Assembly (NCBI GenBank): GCA_020848435.1
Contig: JADLAC010000037.1
Span: forward strand, 108,355 to 172,354
Length of the DNA stretch: 64,000 nucleotides
Direction of reading: 5' to 3'
DNA from: Burkholderiales bacterium
Lineage (GTDB): Bacteria; Pseudomonadota; Gammaproteobacteria; Burkholderiales; WYBJ01
Shown: piece after piece, positions 18,785-27,801 of the stretch
Layout: each line of letters opens with the position of its first letter
How positions within the stretch are numbered: the first letter of the stretch is position 1
Program-made: the position numbers and the translations under genes
The notes under the pieces: generated by a model
What the model saw: only the letters and a program-made list of their open reading frames with translations
What the model was told of the DNA's origin: nothing
Databases searched by the model: none

Positions 18785-20014
18785 TCAGAAATACGCCTGT
18801 CCGCGCCGGATCGGCGGGGTCCACGAGCAATCGCCGAACGGACCGTCGCCGTGCTCGCGTATGTAGGCGATCCGGCGGTGGCGGCGCGAGAGCTTCCTGC
18901 CCATCATGGTCATTTGCAGCCAGTCGAGCACGTAGTCGTGGCAATCCAGTCCGCCCAGGTTGGCAATGCTCCACAGCGGGTGGTACTGATTCTCGAACAC
19001 CCACATTTCCTTCGGCACGCGCAGGTCTTCGAACGCCTCGACCGCGTCCTCCAGCGGGCACAGTGGATCGAATTCGCCGGTGACGAGCAGCGTCGGGCAG
19101 GTGATCTTGTCAAGGTGTCCGCGCACCGTCATGTTGTTCGCGACTTCCTCGTCGAACTGCTCTTCGTCCTCGTAGCCCGCCATGTACATGAACATCTGTT
19201 TGAAGCGCGGCGAGGACTGGGTGAAGATGGTGTTGTTCGGGTTGAAGCAGGCGACCGAGCTGACCACGCAGGCGGCCCGGTGATCGTAGCTCGACAAGCG
19301 CAGCGACCAGTAGCTGCCCATGCTGATGCCGTAGATCGCGATCTTGCGCCGGTCGACCTCGGGCCGCTGCTGCAGGTAGCTGATCACCGCCGCGCCCGCG
19401 CGCTCGTAGTTGTCGCCGATGGCTCGGATCTTCTGCAGGTTCGAGCTGCCTTGGCCGGGACCGTCCATCGCGAGCACATGGAAGCCGCGTTCGATGGCGA
19501 TGTTGTGTGCGGCTTTCGGAAACACCTCCTTGGTCTGATCCATGCCGGGCACGTAGATGACGCAGGGTGCCTTGCGCCGATCCGGCAGTAGGTGGAGCAG
19601 GCACGATATGGTCTTGCCGTCGTCGAAGGGCACTTCCACCCGCTCGATCGGGTAGGAGGCGACTTCGCTGCGCCGGTCGACCATTTCGTTGAGCTTGCGC
19701 ACGAGCTGTTTCTTGACCGGGTGGTTGTCGAAGTAGATCGGGTGCTGCGCCATCCGGTAGGCTTCGACGGCATGATCGTAGTGCGCGGTGGCGGATGCAT
19801 GCGCGCCCTTGGCGTGCGCCCTGCGCGCGAGCGCTTCGTGGCGTTCGGCGGCTTCGCGCCAGACCTTCGGCAGCATGCGATAGTTGCGCGCCCGCTTGCC
19901 TGGCGGCACTTCCAGGTCGTCGCGCTCGAAGTTCTGCACCCGCCCGCGCATGTTGAGCGCGAGATCGAGCATCCACTGCTGGTTGTCGCGCGCGGTCCTC
20001 AGTTTGCGAATCAT
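18785..20014 (-). CDS. alpha/beta-fold hydrolase (paralogue of the 1..1027 gene)
   Basis: GGAGG 8 nt upstream of the ATG at 20014 (MIRKLRTARDN...). Contains DGPGQGSS, a nucleophile elbow GISMGS, and a C-terminal acid/His region (LVTGEFDPLCP). The track ORF start at 20065 is possible but has no ribosome-binding site. Confidence 0.8.
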   Translation of the reverse strand: MIRKLRTARDNQQWMLDLALNMRGRVQNFERDDLEVPPGKRARNYRMLPKVWREAAERHEALARRAHAKGAHASATAHYDHAVEAYRMAQHPIYFDNHPVKKQLVRKLNEMVDRRSEVASYPIERVEVPFDDGKTISCLLHLLPDRRKAPCVIYVPGMDQTKEVFPKAAHNIAIERGFHVLAMDGPGQGSSNLQKIRAIGDNYERAGAAVISYLQQRPEVDRRKIAIYGISMGSYWSLRLSSYDHRAACVVSSVACFNPNNTIFTQSSPRFKQMFMYMAGYEDEEQFDEEVANNMTVRGHLDKITCPTLLVTGEFDPLCPLEDAVEAFEDLRVPKEMWVFENQYHPLWSIANLGGLDCHDYVLDWLQMTMMGRKLSRRHRRIAYIREHGDGPFGDCSWTPPIRRGQAYF

Positions 20015-20145
20015 CGACGCATCCTCCCCGTTCAAAACGTTCAGCGCAGTGTCGACTCGGCGCAAGCGGTGCCGGCGCCGGTTTGCGGACGGGTCTCGAT
20101 TATAGATGGGCGGGCGCAGCGGTCAGTGGCGACCGACGCCGCGCT

Positions 20146-21456
20146 TCACTGCAGCATGCCCGAGAGCAGCGTCGCGATGCCGAGAAACGACAGAAAGCCC
20201 GTCACGTCGGTGACCGTGGTGAGAAAGATCGAGGAAGCGGTCGCCGGGTCCTGGCCGAAGCGCCGCATGACGATCGGCACCATGGCCCCCGCAATGCAAG
20301 CGATGCTCATCGAGATCACCATGGCCGAGGCGATGATCGCGACCAGCCCGGCCGAGCGGCTCCAGATCCAGACCCCGAGGGACGTGGTGAGCGCTACCGC
20401 GAGGCCGTTGATGAAGCCCGCCCCGGCTTCCTTCCACAGCAGGCGCGGCCACTGGCGCAGCGATACCTCGCGCAGCACCAGTCCGCGCATGGTCACCGCC
20501 AGCGCCTGCTGGCCGGCGTTGCCCGATTGTCCGGCGACCACGGGCATCAGCACCGCGAGCGCGGTGAAGCGCGCGATCGTGCTCTCGAACACGCCGACGA
20601 TCGAGGCGGCCATGAACGCGGTGAGCAGGTTGAGCTGAAGCCAGGGCAGGCGCTTGCGCACCGCGAACAACGAGCCCGACAGCGCGCGTTCATCGCGGCT
20701 CGCGCCGACCATCGTCTGCATATCGACGCTCGTTTCCTGCTCCAGCGCGGAGATCAGCGCCGCATGGCGAATCACGCCGACGAAGTGGCCTTCGGCGCTC
20801 ACGACCGGCAGCTCGGTGATGGGCTGCTGCTGCAAAATGGCGACGACGTCTTCGCGCGGATCGAGCTCCTTCGCCACGGCCAGCAACGGGCGTACGATCG
20901 CGCCGAGCTGCGTGGCCGCCTCGGCGATGGCGAGATCCTGGATCTCGACCCGGCCGGTCAAGCGGCCGTCATGATCGATCACGAACAGCTCGCGTAAGCC
21001 ACGGCGCTTCAACTGCCGCAGGCGTACTAGGGTCTCGCCGACGCTGTGGTCGGCGCGCACCGGGCTGATCACGGGATCCATCAAGCGCCCGGCGGCATTC
21101 TCGGGATAGGCGAGCAGATCGCACAGCTCGCGCGCCACGCTTGGGTCGAGCGATGCAAGCAGGCGTTCGCGTTCGGCGGCGTCGGATTGCGCCAGCACGG
21201 CGGCGCTCGCGGCAGGGGCTGCCTCGCTCAACAGCCGGCGCCCGAAGTCCGGTTCGAGCTCGGCGAGCACGGCGCGCGCGATATCGGGCGCCAGGCGCTG
21301 CCACGGCCGCACCGCCGCGGACACCGGGTGCGACGCAAGCACGGCGGCGATTTCGCCTGCAGGAAGGCTCTCGAGTTGGCGTGCAGCCTCGTGCGGGAAG
21401 TCGGCGAAATAGCGCCGGTCGAGCGCGAGCGCAGCCGCCGCGGCAAGGGCGTTCAT
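20146..21456 (-). CDS. mgtE: magnesium transporter MgtE
   Basis: 436 aa from MNALAAAAAL. It has an MgtE-N region, a CBS pair, and the TM domain with LPWLQLNLLTAFMAASIVGVFE and LMPVVAGQSGNAGQQAL. The 600-aa track ORF extension was rejected. Confidence 0.9.
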   Translation of the reverse strand: MNALAAAAALALDRRYFADFPHEAARQLESLPAGEIAAVLASHPVSAAVRPWQRLAPDIARAVLAELEPDFGRRLLSEAAPAASAAVLAQSDAAERERLLASLDPSVARELCDLLAYPENAAGRLMDPVISPVRADHSVGETLVRLRQLKRRGLRELFVIDHDGRLTGRVEIQDLAIAEAATQLGAIVRPLLAVAKELDPREDVVAILQQQPITELPVVSAEGHFVGVIRHAALISALEQETSVDMQTMVGASRDERALSGSLFAVRKRLPWLQLNLLTAFMAASIVGVFESTIARFTALAVLMPVVAGQSGNAGQQALAVTMRGLVLREVSLRQWPRLLWKEAGAGFINGLAVALTTSLGVWIWSRSAGLVAIIASAMVISMSIACIAGAMVPIVMRRFGQDPATASSIFLTTVTDVTGFLSFLGIATLLSGMLQ

Positions 21457-22304
21457 GGTTCCTCGGGCAGCACGCGTTTCGCCGGCGGCAACAGGGCCAC
21501 GGTCGCGCTGCTCAAGCCGGACACGACTTGCCAGTAGCTCGACGCCAGCGCGGCGCCGAGCGTTGCGAAGCTCCCGTGCGCCTCCGGGGAGCGCTCGCGT
21601 GCGCGTACCGCCCGCGTCAGCGCGTCGCGGTGCAATACGCCGATCAGGCGCCGCTCGTGCTCGACCACCGGCAGCGCCAGGGCGCGTTCCCAGGCAGGCA
21701 GCGAGCGTGCCGATGCCAGGGGCATCATCACGGGCAAGGTCGTGACGACCGGGCGCATCAAGGCCGAAAGCGAGGCGTCTTGCGGCGCGCGCAGCAGCGC
21801 GCGCAGGCCGGCGCATCCCAGCAGGCGGTGCTCGCCGTCGACCACGTACACGACATCGAGCCCGCCGCCCTCGGCCGCGCGCAAGCGGCTCAACGCCGTT
21901 TCGACCAGCATGCTCGGCGGCAGCGCATCGACCTGCGGATCGGTCCATGCGCCCACGGCATCGTCCGGAAATCCGAGCAACATTTGCGAGGCGAGGGCGG
22001 AGGCGCTCGGCAGGCCGGCGATGAGCCGAGAGCGCTTACGCTCCGGGATATGGCGCAGCATCGACACGGCGGCATGCGTGGATGCCGCCTCGAGAATGCC
22101 GGCCGCCGCGGCCTCGTCGAGCACGTTCATCAGGCGCGCCGCCGCCGTGGGGAGCATGGCGGCGAAAACCTGGGCAGCGAGCCCGCGCGGAATCGAGCCA
22201 AGCAAGGCGCCTGCCTCGCTCGCCGGCAGGGCTTCGAGCACGCGGGCTGCCTGGGCCGCGTGGGCGCGCAAGAATGCCAGCGTCAAGTCGGAGGCATCAG
22301 CCAT
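21453..22304 (-). CDS. soluble MgtE-N plus CBS-pair protein (no membrane domain)
   Basis: 283 aa with an MgtE intracellular N-domain-like helical repeat (LEALPASEAGALLGSIP..AAQVFAAM) and then a CBS-like pair (VVYVVDGEHRLLGCAGLRALL; LPVVEHERRLIGVLHRDAL). No TM segments. Its stop overlaps the mgtE start in an ATGA. Confidence 0.7.
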   Translation of the reverse strand: MADASDLTLAFLRAHAAQAARVLEALPASEAGALLGSIPRGLAAQVFAAMLPTAAARLMNVLDEAAAAGILEAASTHAAVSMLRHIPERKRSRLIAGLPSASALASQMLLGFPDDAVGAWTDPQVDALPPSMLVETALSRLRAAEGGGLDVVYVVDGEHRLLGCAGLRALLRAPQDASLSALMRPVVTTLPVMMPLASARSLPAWERALALPVVEHERRLIGVLHRDALTRAVRARERSPEAHGSFATLGAALASSYWQVVSGLSSATVALLPPAKRVLPEEP

Positions 22305-23121
22305 GGCTCGGATGGCCGAGCACGGCGATCGGCTGGTCGTTGTAGATGCGTCCTGGCAACGTGACGCGCCCCTCCGCGGTTTCCAGGATGAGCGCGGTCG
22401 CGGTGATCTCCAGGATGCGTCCCTGGTGACCCGCCGTGCGTACCGTCTGTCCGACGGCGAACGCCTGGCGCAGGTAGTGCGCGCCGATCAGGTTCGCGAT
22501 GTAGTCGCGTGCACCCAGGCCCACGGCCAGCGCCACGCCGCCGGCGATCACGCCGCCGATCGCGGCGGCGAAGATGGCGAGAAAGGTGATGCGGATGCCG
22601 ATCTGGTCGGCGCCGACCAGGATGGCGCCGGTAAGTATGGTCACTTGCGCCACGCGCGCGAGCAGCGCCCGATGCGCGGCATCGATGCGCGGCGAGGCCG
22701 CCAGTACCAGGTTGGAGACGAAGCGCGACAGCACGTAACCGGCGATGACGATGAGCACGCCGGCGGCGAGCGTGGGCAGGTAGCCCACCAGCCGTGCCAG
22801 CCAGTCGGTGAAGGAGGTCAGCTCGAGCACGTCGGTCGCCGCCGTCACGAACACCAGCATCACCGTCCAGAAGACGATCTCGCCGATGACCATCGAGGCG
22901 CGGCGCAACCGCAGCGGTTCGGCGGCGCTCTGGGTGCCGATGCGAGCCGCCAGCGTCTCGACCAGCAACACTGCTCGCATGGCGAGCGCCCGCGTGATGC
23001 GGGCAAGCAACCAGCCGGCGAGGATCAGCAGCACGGCACCGAGGACGCTCGGCACAAAGGCGACCGCGCGCTCGACAATATCGGCGCTCGCGCGCTTGAG
23101 CGCTTCACTCAGATTGTTCAT
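22297..23121 (-). CDS. small mechanosensitive-channel (MscS-like) family membrane protein
   Basis: 274 aa from MNNLSEALKRA, with several TM helices and a C-terminal beta-domain-like GQTVRTAGHQGRILEITATALILETAEGRVTLPG. It overlaps the next gene's start by 8 nt. Confidence 0.65.
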   Translation of the reverse strand: MNNLSEALKRASADIVERAVAFVPSVLGAVLLILAGWLLARITRALAMRAVLLVETLAARIGTQSAAEPLRLRRASMVIGEIVFWTVMLVFVTAATDVLELTSFTDWLARLVGYLPTLAAGVLIVIAGYVLSRFVSNLVLAASPRIDAAHRALLARVAQVTILTGAILVGADQIGIRITFLAIFAAAIGGVIAGGVALAVGLGARDYIANLIGAHYLRQAFAVGQTVRTAGHQGRILEITATALILETAEGRVTLPGRIYNDQPIAVLGHPSHG

Positions 23122-23275
23122 GGCAGATGTTATCGTCGAGGCGCTGGGAGCGCGGCTGCTCCTCACCGCGCTCGATTCTAACGTAGCGTGCCGCTGTTCC
23201 GAGTGCCTTCCCGGGCCTGCTTCACCGGCTCGTCTTCAAGTGCGAGAATCGGCCGCCTGGGATTCAAGGAGGGTC

Positions 23276-25600
23276 ATGGACGCACAACGCTACTTCGACG
23301 TCGGCGGCATGCGCGCGCTGCGCCTGGAAGACCCGCGGCTCATCACGGGGCGAGGCCAGTATGCCGCCGACTGGAATCTCGACGGCCAATTGCACGCGGT
23401 GTTTCTGCGCTCGGATCGCGCCCACGCCCGCATCGTGAAGCTCGATTGCGCGCGCGCCCGCTCGGCTCCGGGGGTGCGTTGGATCGCCACCGGCGAGGAC
23501 GCGGTGCGTGCCGGCTTCATCAAGGCGCCGCACCAGCTCACGTTCATCGGCGTCGATGGGCGCAAGGCGCGAGTACCCGATCGCCCCGCGCTGGCCCACG
23601 AGCGGGTGCGCTACGTCGGCGAGCCGGTGGCGATGGTGGTGGCCGAGCGCGCGCTGCAAGCTCAAGACGCGGCCGCTGCCATCGATGTGACCTACCAGGA
23701 CTTGCCCGCGGCGATCGGCGCCGAGCACGCGCTCTCGCCGCAGGCCCCGAGGATTCACGACGACGTTCCGGGCAATCTCGCGCTCGAGCTGGAGGTCGGC
23801 GACCGGGCGGCGGTGGACGCAGTCTTCGCCCGCGCGCACCGCATCACGCGCCTCAAGGTCGACTGCACGCGCGTGACACCTTCTCCCATGGAGCCGCGAG
23901 CCTGCTTGTCGAGCTACGATCAGGCGCACGACTGCTACACCATTCGCGTTTGCCTGCAGGGCATCAACACGATGAAGCAGCAGATCGCCGCCTACATGAA
24001 CCTGGACGAAGCCAAGATGAGGGTGATCGGTCGCGATGTCGGTGGCGGCTTCGGCCAGCGCAGCACCGTCTATCCCGAATACTGCATGAGCTTGCATGCC
24101 GCCAAGGTCCTGGGCCGTCCGGTGAAGTGGGTGTCGAGCCGCTCCGAGAGCTTCATGACCGACACCCACGGCCGCGCCAATATCGGTGCGGGCGAGCTCG
24201 CCATGGATGCGAACGGGCGCTTCCTCGCCCTGCGCTTCGACTGGATCACCGATCAGGGCGGCTACGTCTCCTCCGGCGGCGTGGGCTACATCCGCAACAT
24301 CGTCAACTGTCTCACGGGCGTCTATGCGATACCGCTGGCGCATGCGCGTTTTCGCGTCGCGCTCACCAACACCGGCCTGGTGGCTTCCTTTCGTGGCGCG
24401 GGACGCCCGGACATCGCTTACGCCGTCGAGCGCCTGGTGCAGCAGGCCGCGGCCGATGTCGGGCTCGATGCGGTCGCATTGCGCCGGCGCAACTTCATTG
24501 CGCCGCATGCGTTCCCGTACCGCACGGCGACCGGCACGGTGTACGAGATGGCGGATCTGCCGGGCTTGCTCGAGGAGGCGCTCGCGCGCGCCGATTGGGC
24601 GGGCTTCGAGCGCCGCCGTGCTGCGGCGAGTGCCCAAGGCAAGCTTCGCGGCATCGGCATTTCGACGGTGATCGAGGCCAGCGGCGCGGGCACGGCCCCT
24701 AGGGACGAGGTCCTGCTCGAAGTCGCTGCCGGCGGCAAGATAACGGCATACTCGGCCTCGCACTCGCAGGGCCAAGGGCACGAGACCACCCTGGCGATGA
24801 TCATCGGCGCCGCGCTCGGCATCGCGCCGGAGCAGGTCGTGCTGCGCCAGGCGGTGGACGAAAAGAATCTCGCCGGCAATGCCACCAACGGCTCGCGCAC
24901 CATGGTTGGCGCGGGCAGCGTATGCAAGATCGCCGCCGAGCGCCTGATCGAGCGCGGGCGCGCGCTGGCGGCCGAGGAATTCGCTGTCGAGCCCTCCCAG
25001 GTCGATTATTCGCATGGGGTGTTCCGCGAACGCGAAAGCGCACGGATGCTCACTCTGGCCGAGGTGGCACAGCGCGGGGAATTCAGCGCCAGGGGAGAGG
25101 GCACGTTCGGCTCGACCTGGCCCAACGGTTGCCACATCGCGGAGGTCGAGATCGATGCCGAGACCGGCAAAGCCGAGATCGCAGCTTACGTCGCGGTCGA
25201 TGATTGCGGGGTCGTGATCAATCACAGCATCGTCGAAGGCCAGATACATGGCGCGGTCACGCAGGGTGCGGGCCAGGTATTCGGCGAGCACGTCGTCTAC
25301 GACCGCGACAGCGGCCAGCTCCTCACCGGCAGCTTTATGGATTACGTCATGCCGCGCGCGGGCTGGGTGCGCGAGATCCGCATGGCGGAGCGGCCGACGC
25401 CCTCGACGCTCACCCCGCTCGGGGTGAAGGGCGCGGGCGAAGCCGGCTGCACGGCCTCGCTCGGCGCGCTCAGCAATGCCGTGCACGATGCGCTGCGTCC
25501 GCTGGGTATCGGCGCGCTCGACATGCCCCTGACCGCGGCCAAGCTTTGGGGCGCGATCACGGCCGCGCGCAACCATCTCCACCGTGGGAGGATCGCATGA
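23276..25600 (+). CDS. xanthine dehydrogenase family molybdopterin-binding large subunit (CoxL-like, non-CO-dehydrogenase type)
   Basis: AAGGAGGG ribosome-binding site before the ATG at 23276. MDAQRYFDVGGMRALRLEDPRLITGRGQYAAD is a typical CoxL-family N-terminus. The active-site loop reads VASFRGAGRP, not the VAYRCSFR of true CO dehydrogenases. GVKGAGEAGC lies near the C-terminus. Confidence 0.85.
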   Translation: MDAQRYFDVGGMRALRLEDPRLITGRGQYAADWNLDGQLHAVFLRSDRAHARIVKLDCARARSAPGVRWIATGEDAVRAGFIKAPHQLTFIGVDGRKARVPDRPALAHERVRYVGEPVAMVVAERALQAQDAAAAIDVTYQDLPAAIGAEHALSPQAPRIHDDVPGNLALELEVGDRAAVDAVFARAHRITRLKVDCTRVTPSPMEPRACLSSYDQAHDCYTIRVCLQGINTMKQQIAAYMNLDEAKMRVIGRDVGGGFGQRSTVYPEYCMSLHAAKVLGRPVKWVSSRSESFMTDTHGRANIGAGELAMDANGRFLALRFDWITDQGGYVSSGGVGYIRNIVNCLTGVYAIPLAHARFRVALTNTGLVASFRGAGRPDIAYAVERLVQQAAADVGLDAVALRRRNFIAPHAFPYRTATGTVYEMADLPGLLEEALARADWAGFERRRAAASAQGKLRGIGISTVIEASGAGTAPRDEVLLEVAAGGKITAYSASHSQGQGHETTLAMIIGAALGIAPEQVVLRQAVDEKNLAGNATNGSRTMVGAGSVCKIAAERLIERGRALAAEEFAVEPSQVDYSHGVFRERESARMLTLAEVAQRGEFSARGEGTFGSTWPNGCHIAEVEIDAETGKAEIAAYVAVDDCGVVINHSIVEGQIHGAVTQGAGQVFGEHVVYDRDSGQLLTGSFMDYVMPRAGWVREIRMAERPTPSTLTPLGVKGAGEAGCTASLGALSNAVHDALRPLGIGALDMPLTAAKLWGAITAARNHLHRGRIA

Positions 25601-26577
25601 AACACCGTGCTTTCGGCCGCACCGGCCTCGAGGTTTCCGAAATCGTTTTCGGCGGCGGCGCCGTGGGCGGGATCATCATCCGCAAGGACGATGCAATCAA
25701 GCGCGAGGCGATCCGCCGGGCGCTCGCGGGCGGCATCAACTGGATCGATACCGCCGCGCAGTACGGCGAGGGCAAATCGGAAGAAGCGCTCGGTTGGCTG
25801 TTGCCCGAGTCCGGCGCGACGCCCTATCTGTCCACCAAGTTCAACCTGGACGTGGCCAACCCGGGCGACATCCCGGCACAGATCGAGCAGCGCCTGATGC
25901 AAAGTCTCGGCCGGCTCAAGCGCTCGTCGGTCGATCTGCTCCAGCTTCACAACCGCATCGGCGCGACGCCCGGCGAGCGGGTGGTGACGGTCGAACAGGT
26001 GCTCGGCAGCAATGGGGTGGCCGAGGGTCTCGAGCGGCTGCGCGCGCGCGGATTGATTCGTCATATGGGTATCACCGCTCTCGGCGAAACGCCCGCCGTG
26101 CTCGAGGTGATTCGCAGCGGGCGCTTCGATTCGGCTCAGGTGTACTACAACCTGCTCAATCCGAGCGCGGGGCGCGACATGCCACCCGCCTGGACCGGCC
26201 AGAGCTTCGCCGGCATCATCGCGGCCTGCCATGCTCAGGACATGGCGGTCATGGCGATTCGCATTTTCGCTGCCGGCGTGATCGCCACGGACGAACGGCA
26301 CGGGCGCGAAAGCATCCTGACCTCCGATACCAGCGTGGCCGAGGACGAGCGCAAGGCGCGCGCGCTGTTCGCGGCGATCGGTACCGAGCACGGCACCCGC
26401 GCCCAGGTCGCGCTGCGATTCGCGCTGTCCCACCCCGGCATCACTTGTGCCGTCATCGGCAGCGCCGAATTGCAGCACGTCGACGAAGCGTTGCGGGCGC
26501 AGGCCCTGGGGCCGCTGCCCGCCGCTGTGCTGGCGCGCCTGGATGACGTATATGCCAGCGATTTCGGCCGGGTGTAG
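25597..26577 (+). CDS. aldo/keto reductase
   Basis: MKHRAFGRTGLEVSEIVFGGG...INWIDTAAQYGEGKSEEALGWLL. Its ATG overlaps the preceding TGA in an ATGA, and GGGAGGA lies upstream. Confidence 0.85.
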   Translation: MKHRAFGRTGLEVSEIVFGGGAVGGIIIRKDDAIKREAIRRALAGGINWIDTAAQYGEGKSEEALGWLLPESGATPYLSTKFNLDVANPGDIPAQIEQRLMQSLGRLKRSSVDLLQLHNRIGATPGERVVTVEQVLGSNGVAEGLERLRARGLIRHMGITALGETPAVLEVIRSGRFDSAQVYYNLLNPSAGRDMPPAWTGQSFAGIIAACHAQDMAVMAIRIFAAGVIATDERHGRESILTSDTSVAEDERKARALFAAIGTEHGTRAQVALRFALSHPGITCAVIGSAELQHVDEALRAQALGPLPAAVLARLDDVYASDFGRV

Positions 26578-26663
26578 CCGCCAGCGATCGGTCGCGGATG
26601 CGGAAAAAATACATCTTGCATGCCGGACGACTTGGTTACTATTGACGAGCCTCCTTCTTTGTC

Positions 26664-27746
26664 TTGCCGATGGAGTACATCGACATGTCCATGGATCGCT
26701 TTTCGGAAGCTTATGTTGCCGCGCAGACGGTGGTGAAGTCCGAGCGCTTCCCGACCGACTGGGATGACGTGATCGTCGAAACGCGCGCGCTCCTCGCCGG
26801 CGAGGATGGCCCGGTCGCTGCCAAGGCGAGGGTGGTGACGGATCTGCGCAAGAAGATCGCCGAAGGCGAAAAGGCCAGCGGCACCGCGAAGGGCAAGGCC
26901 GCGTGCGAGCAGATCATAGAGGCAGCCAAGGGTACCAACGCCATTGAATCGAAGCGCGCCGCGACGCTGAAGATGTTGAAGCACCTGTACCTGGTCGGCG
27001 AAGACGGCAGCCAAAAGCTTTGGGTCTATTCGCCGCCGAAGGGCTATACGCAATGGGTTTTCGACGAGTTGGACGGCCTCGGCGAAACGGCGATGAAGGC
27101 GAAGCTCGAGGACGAGGCCGAGCTCTACAGCGCGGACCATCGAACCGTGATGGCCGAGGCTGCGCTGCAAGCGCGCAAGGTGTGCGGCAAGGTGCAGGCG
27201 GCGCTGGGCGCGAACGAGGTCGAGGCGAATACCAAGAAGCTGGTGAAGAAATGGATGTTCGGCGACGACGAGCCCTCGAAAGACGAGATGACGGCGGCGA
27301 TCAGCAAGCTGCGCGACGGTTTCAAGAACATCGGTGTGGCTTGCTGCAACGGCAGCCTGATCTTCTCCGACGAGCCCACCTACCGGGCCAAGCCCGGCAA
27401 ATGGGAGAACTTCGGGATGATCAAGACCACCGAGAAGATGATGGTGCTCTATCTCATGAAGGGATTCCTCGACCAGGCCGGCAAGCCCAAAGCGGCGGAA
27501 CGCTGGTTATGCGTCGAGACGATCATCCACGAGCTTTCGCACAAGATCGTGAAGACTGACGACTACGCCTACGACTTTCACGGTCTGAAGCCGGGCGGAA
27601 CCAAGTTCCCGTCCGGCGCCGGCCTCGACAATGCCGATAGCTGGGGCTACTTCGCTTGCGAGCTCGACGGCATCCTGCCGAGCTCCGAAGAAGCCAAGGT
27701 GTACAAGATCCCGACCAAGGTGCTCAAGGTCTGGAGCAAGGCCTAG
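26664..27746 (+). CDS. aspzincin-type (peptidase M35-like / peptidyl-Lys metalloendopeptidase-like) zinc protease with unassigned N-terminal region; no signal peptide
   Basis: HELSH at 27528-27542, KTDDYAY at 27552-27572 (fits aspzincin GTxDxxYG at T, D and Y), and DNADSWGYF at 27627-27653. The track start is the TTG at 26664. ATGs at 26670, 26685 and 26691 are alternatives, and there is no convincing ribosome-binding site. Confidence 0.75.
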   Translation: MPMEYIDMSMDRFSEAYVAAQTVVKSERFPTDWDDVIVETRALLAGEDGPVAAKARVVTDLRKKIAEGEKASGTAKGKAACEQIIEAAKGTNAIESKRAATLKMLKHLYLVGEDGSQKLWVYSPPKGYTQWVFDELDGLGETAMKAKLEDEAELYSADHRTVMAEAALQARKVCGKVQAALGANEVEANTKKLVKKWMFGDDEPSKDEMTAAISKLRDGFKNIGVACCNGSLIFSDEPTYRAKPGKWENFGMIKTTEKMMVLYLMKGFLDQAGKPKAAERWLCVETIIHELSHKIVKTDDYAYDFHGLKPGGTKFPSGAGLDNADSWGYFACELDGILPSSEEAKVYKIPTKVLKVWSKA

Positions 27747-27801
27747 CCGCGGATACATCACCAGGCCGGCCCGGCGAAACGGCGAAGTGCTCGACGCGGC
27801 G

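Noticed and set aside
26605-26645. Possible sigma-70 promoter TTGCAT-N15-TACTAT upstream of the metalloprotease
   Set aside because: The spacer is only about 15 nt and neither hexamer is close to consensus. I mention it as context for the AT-richer leader, not as a supported feature.
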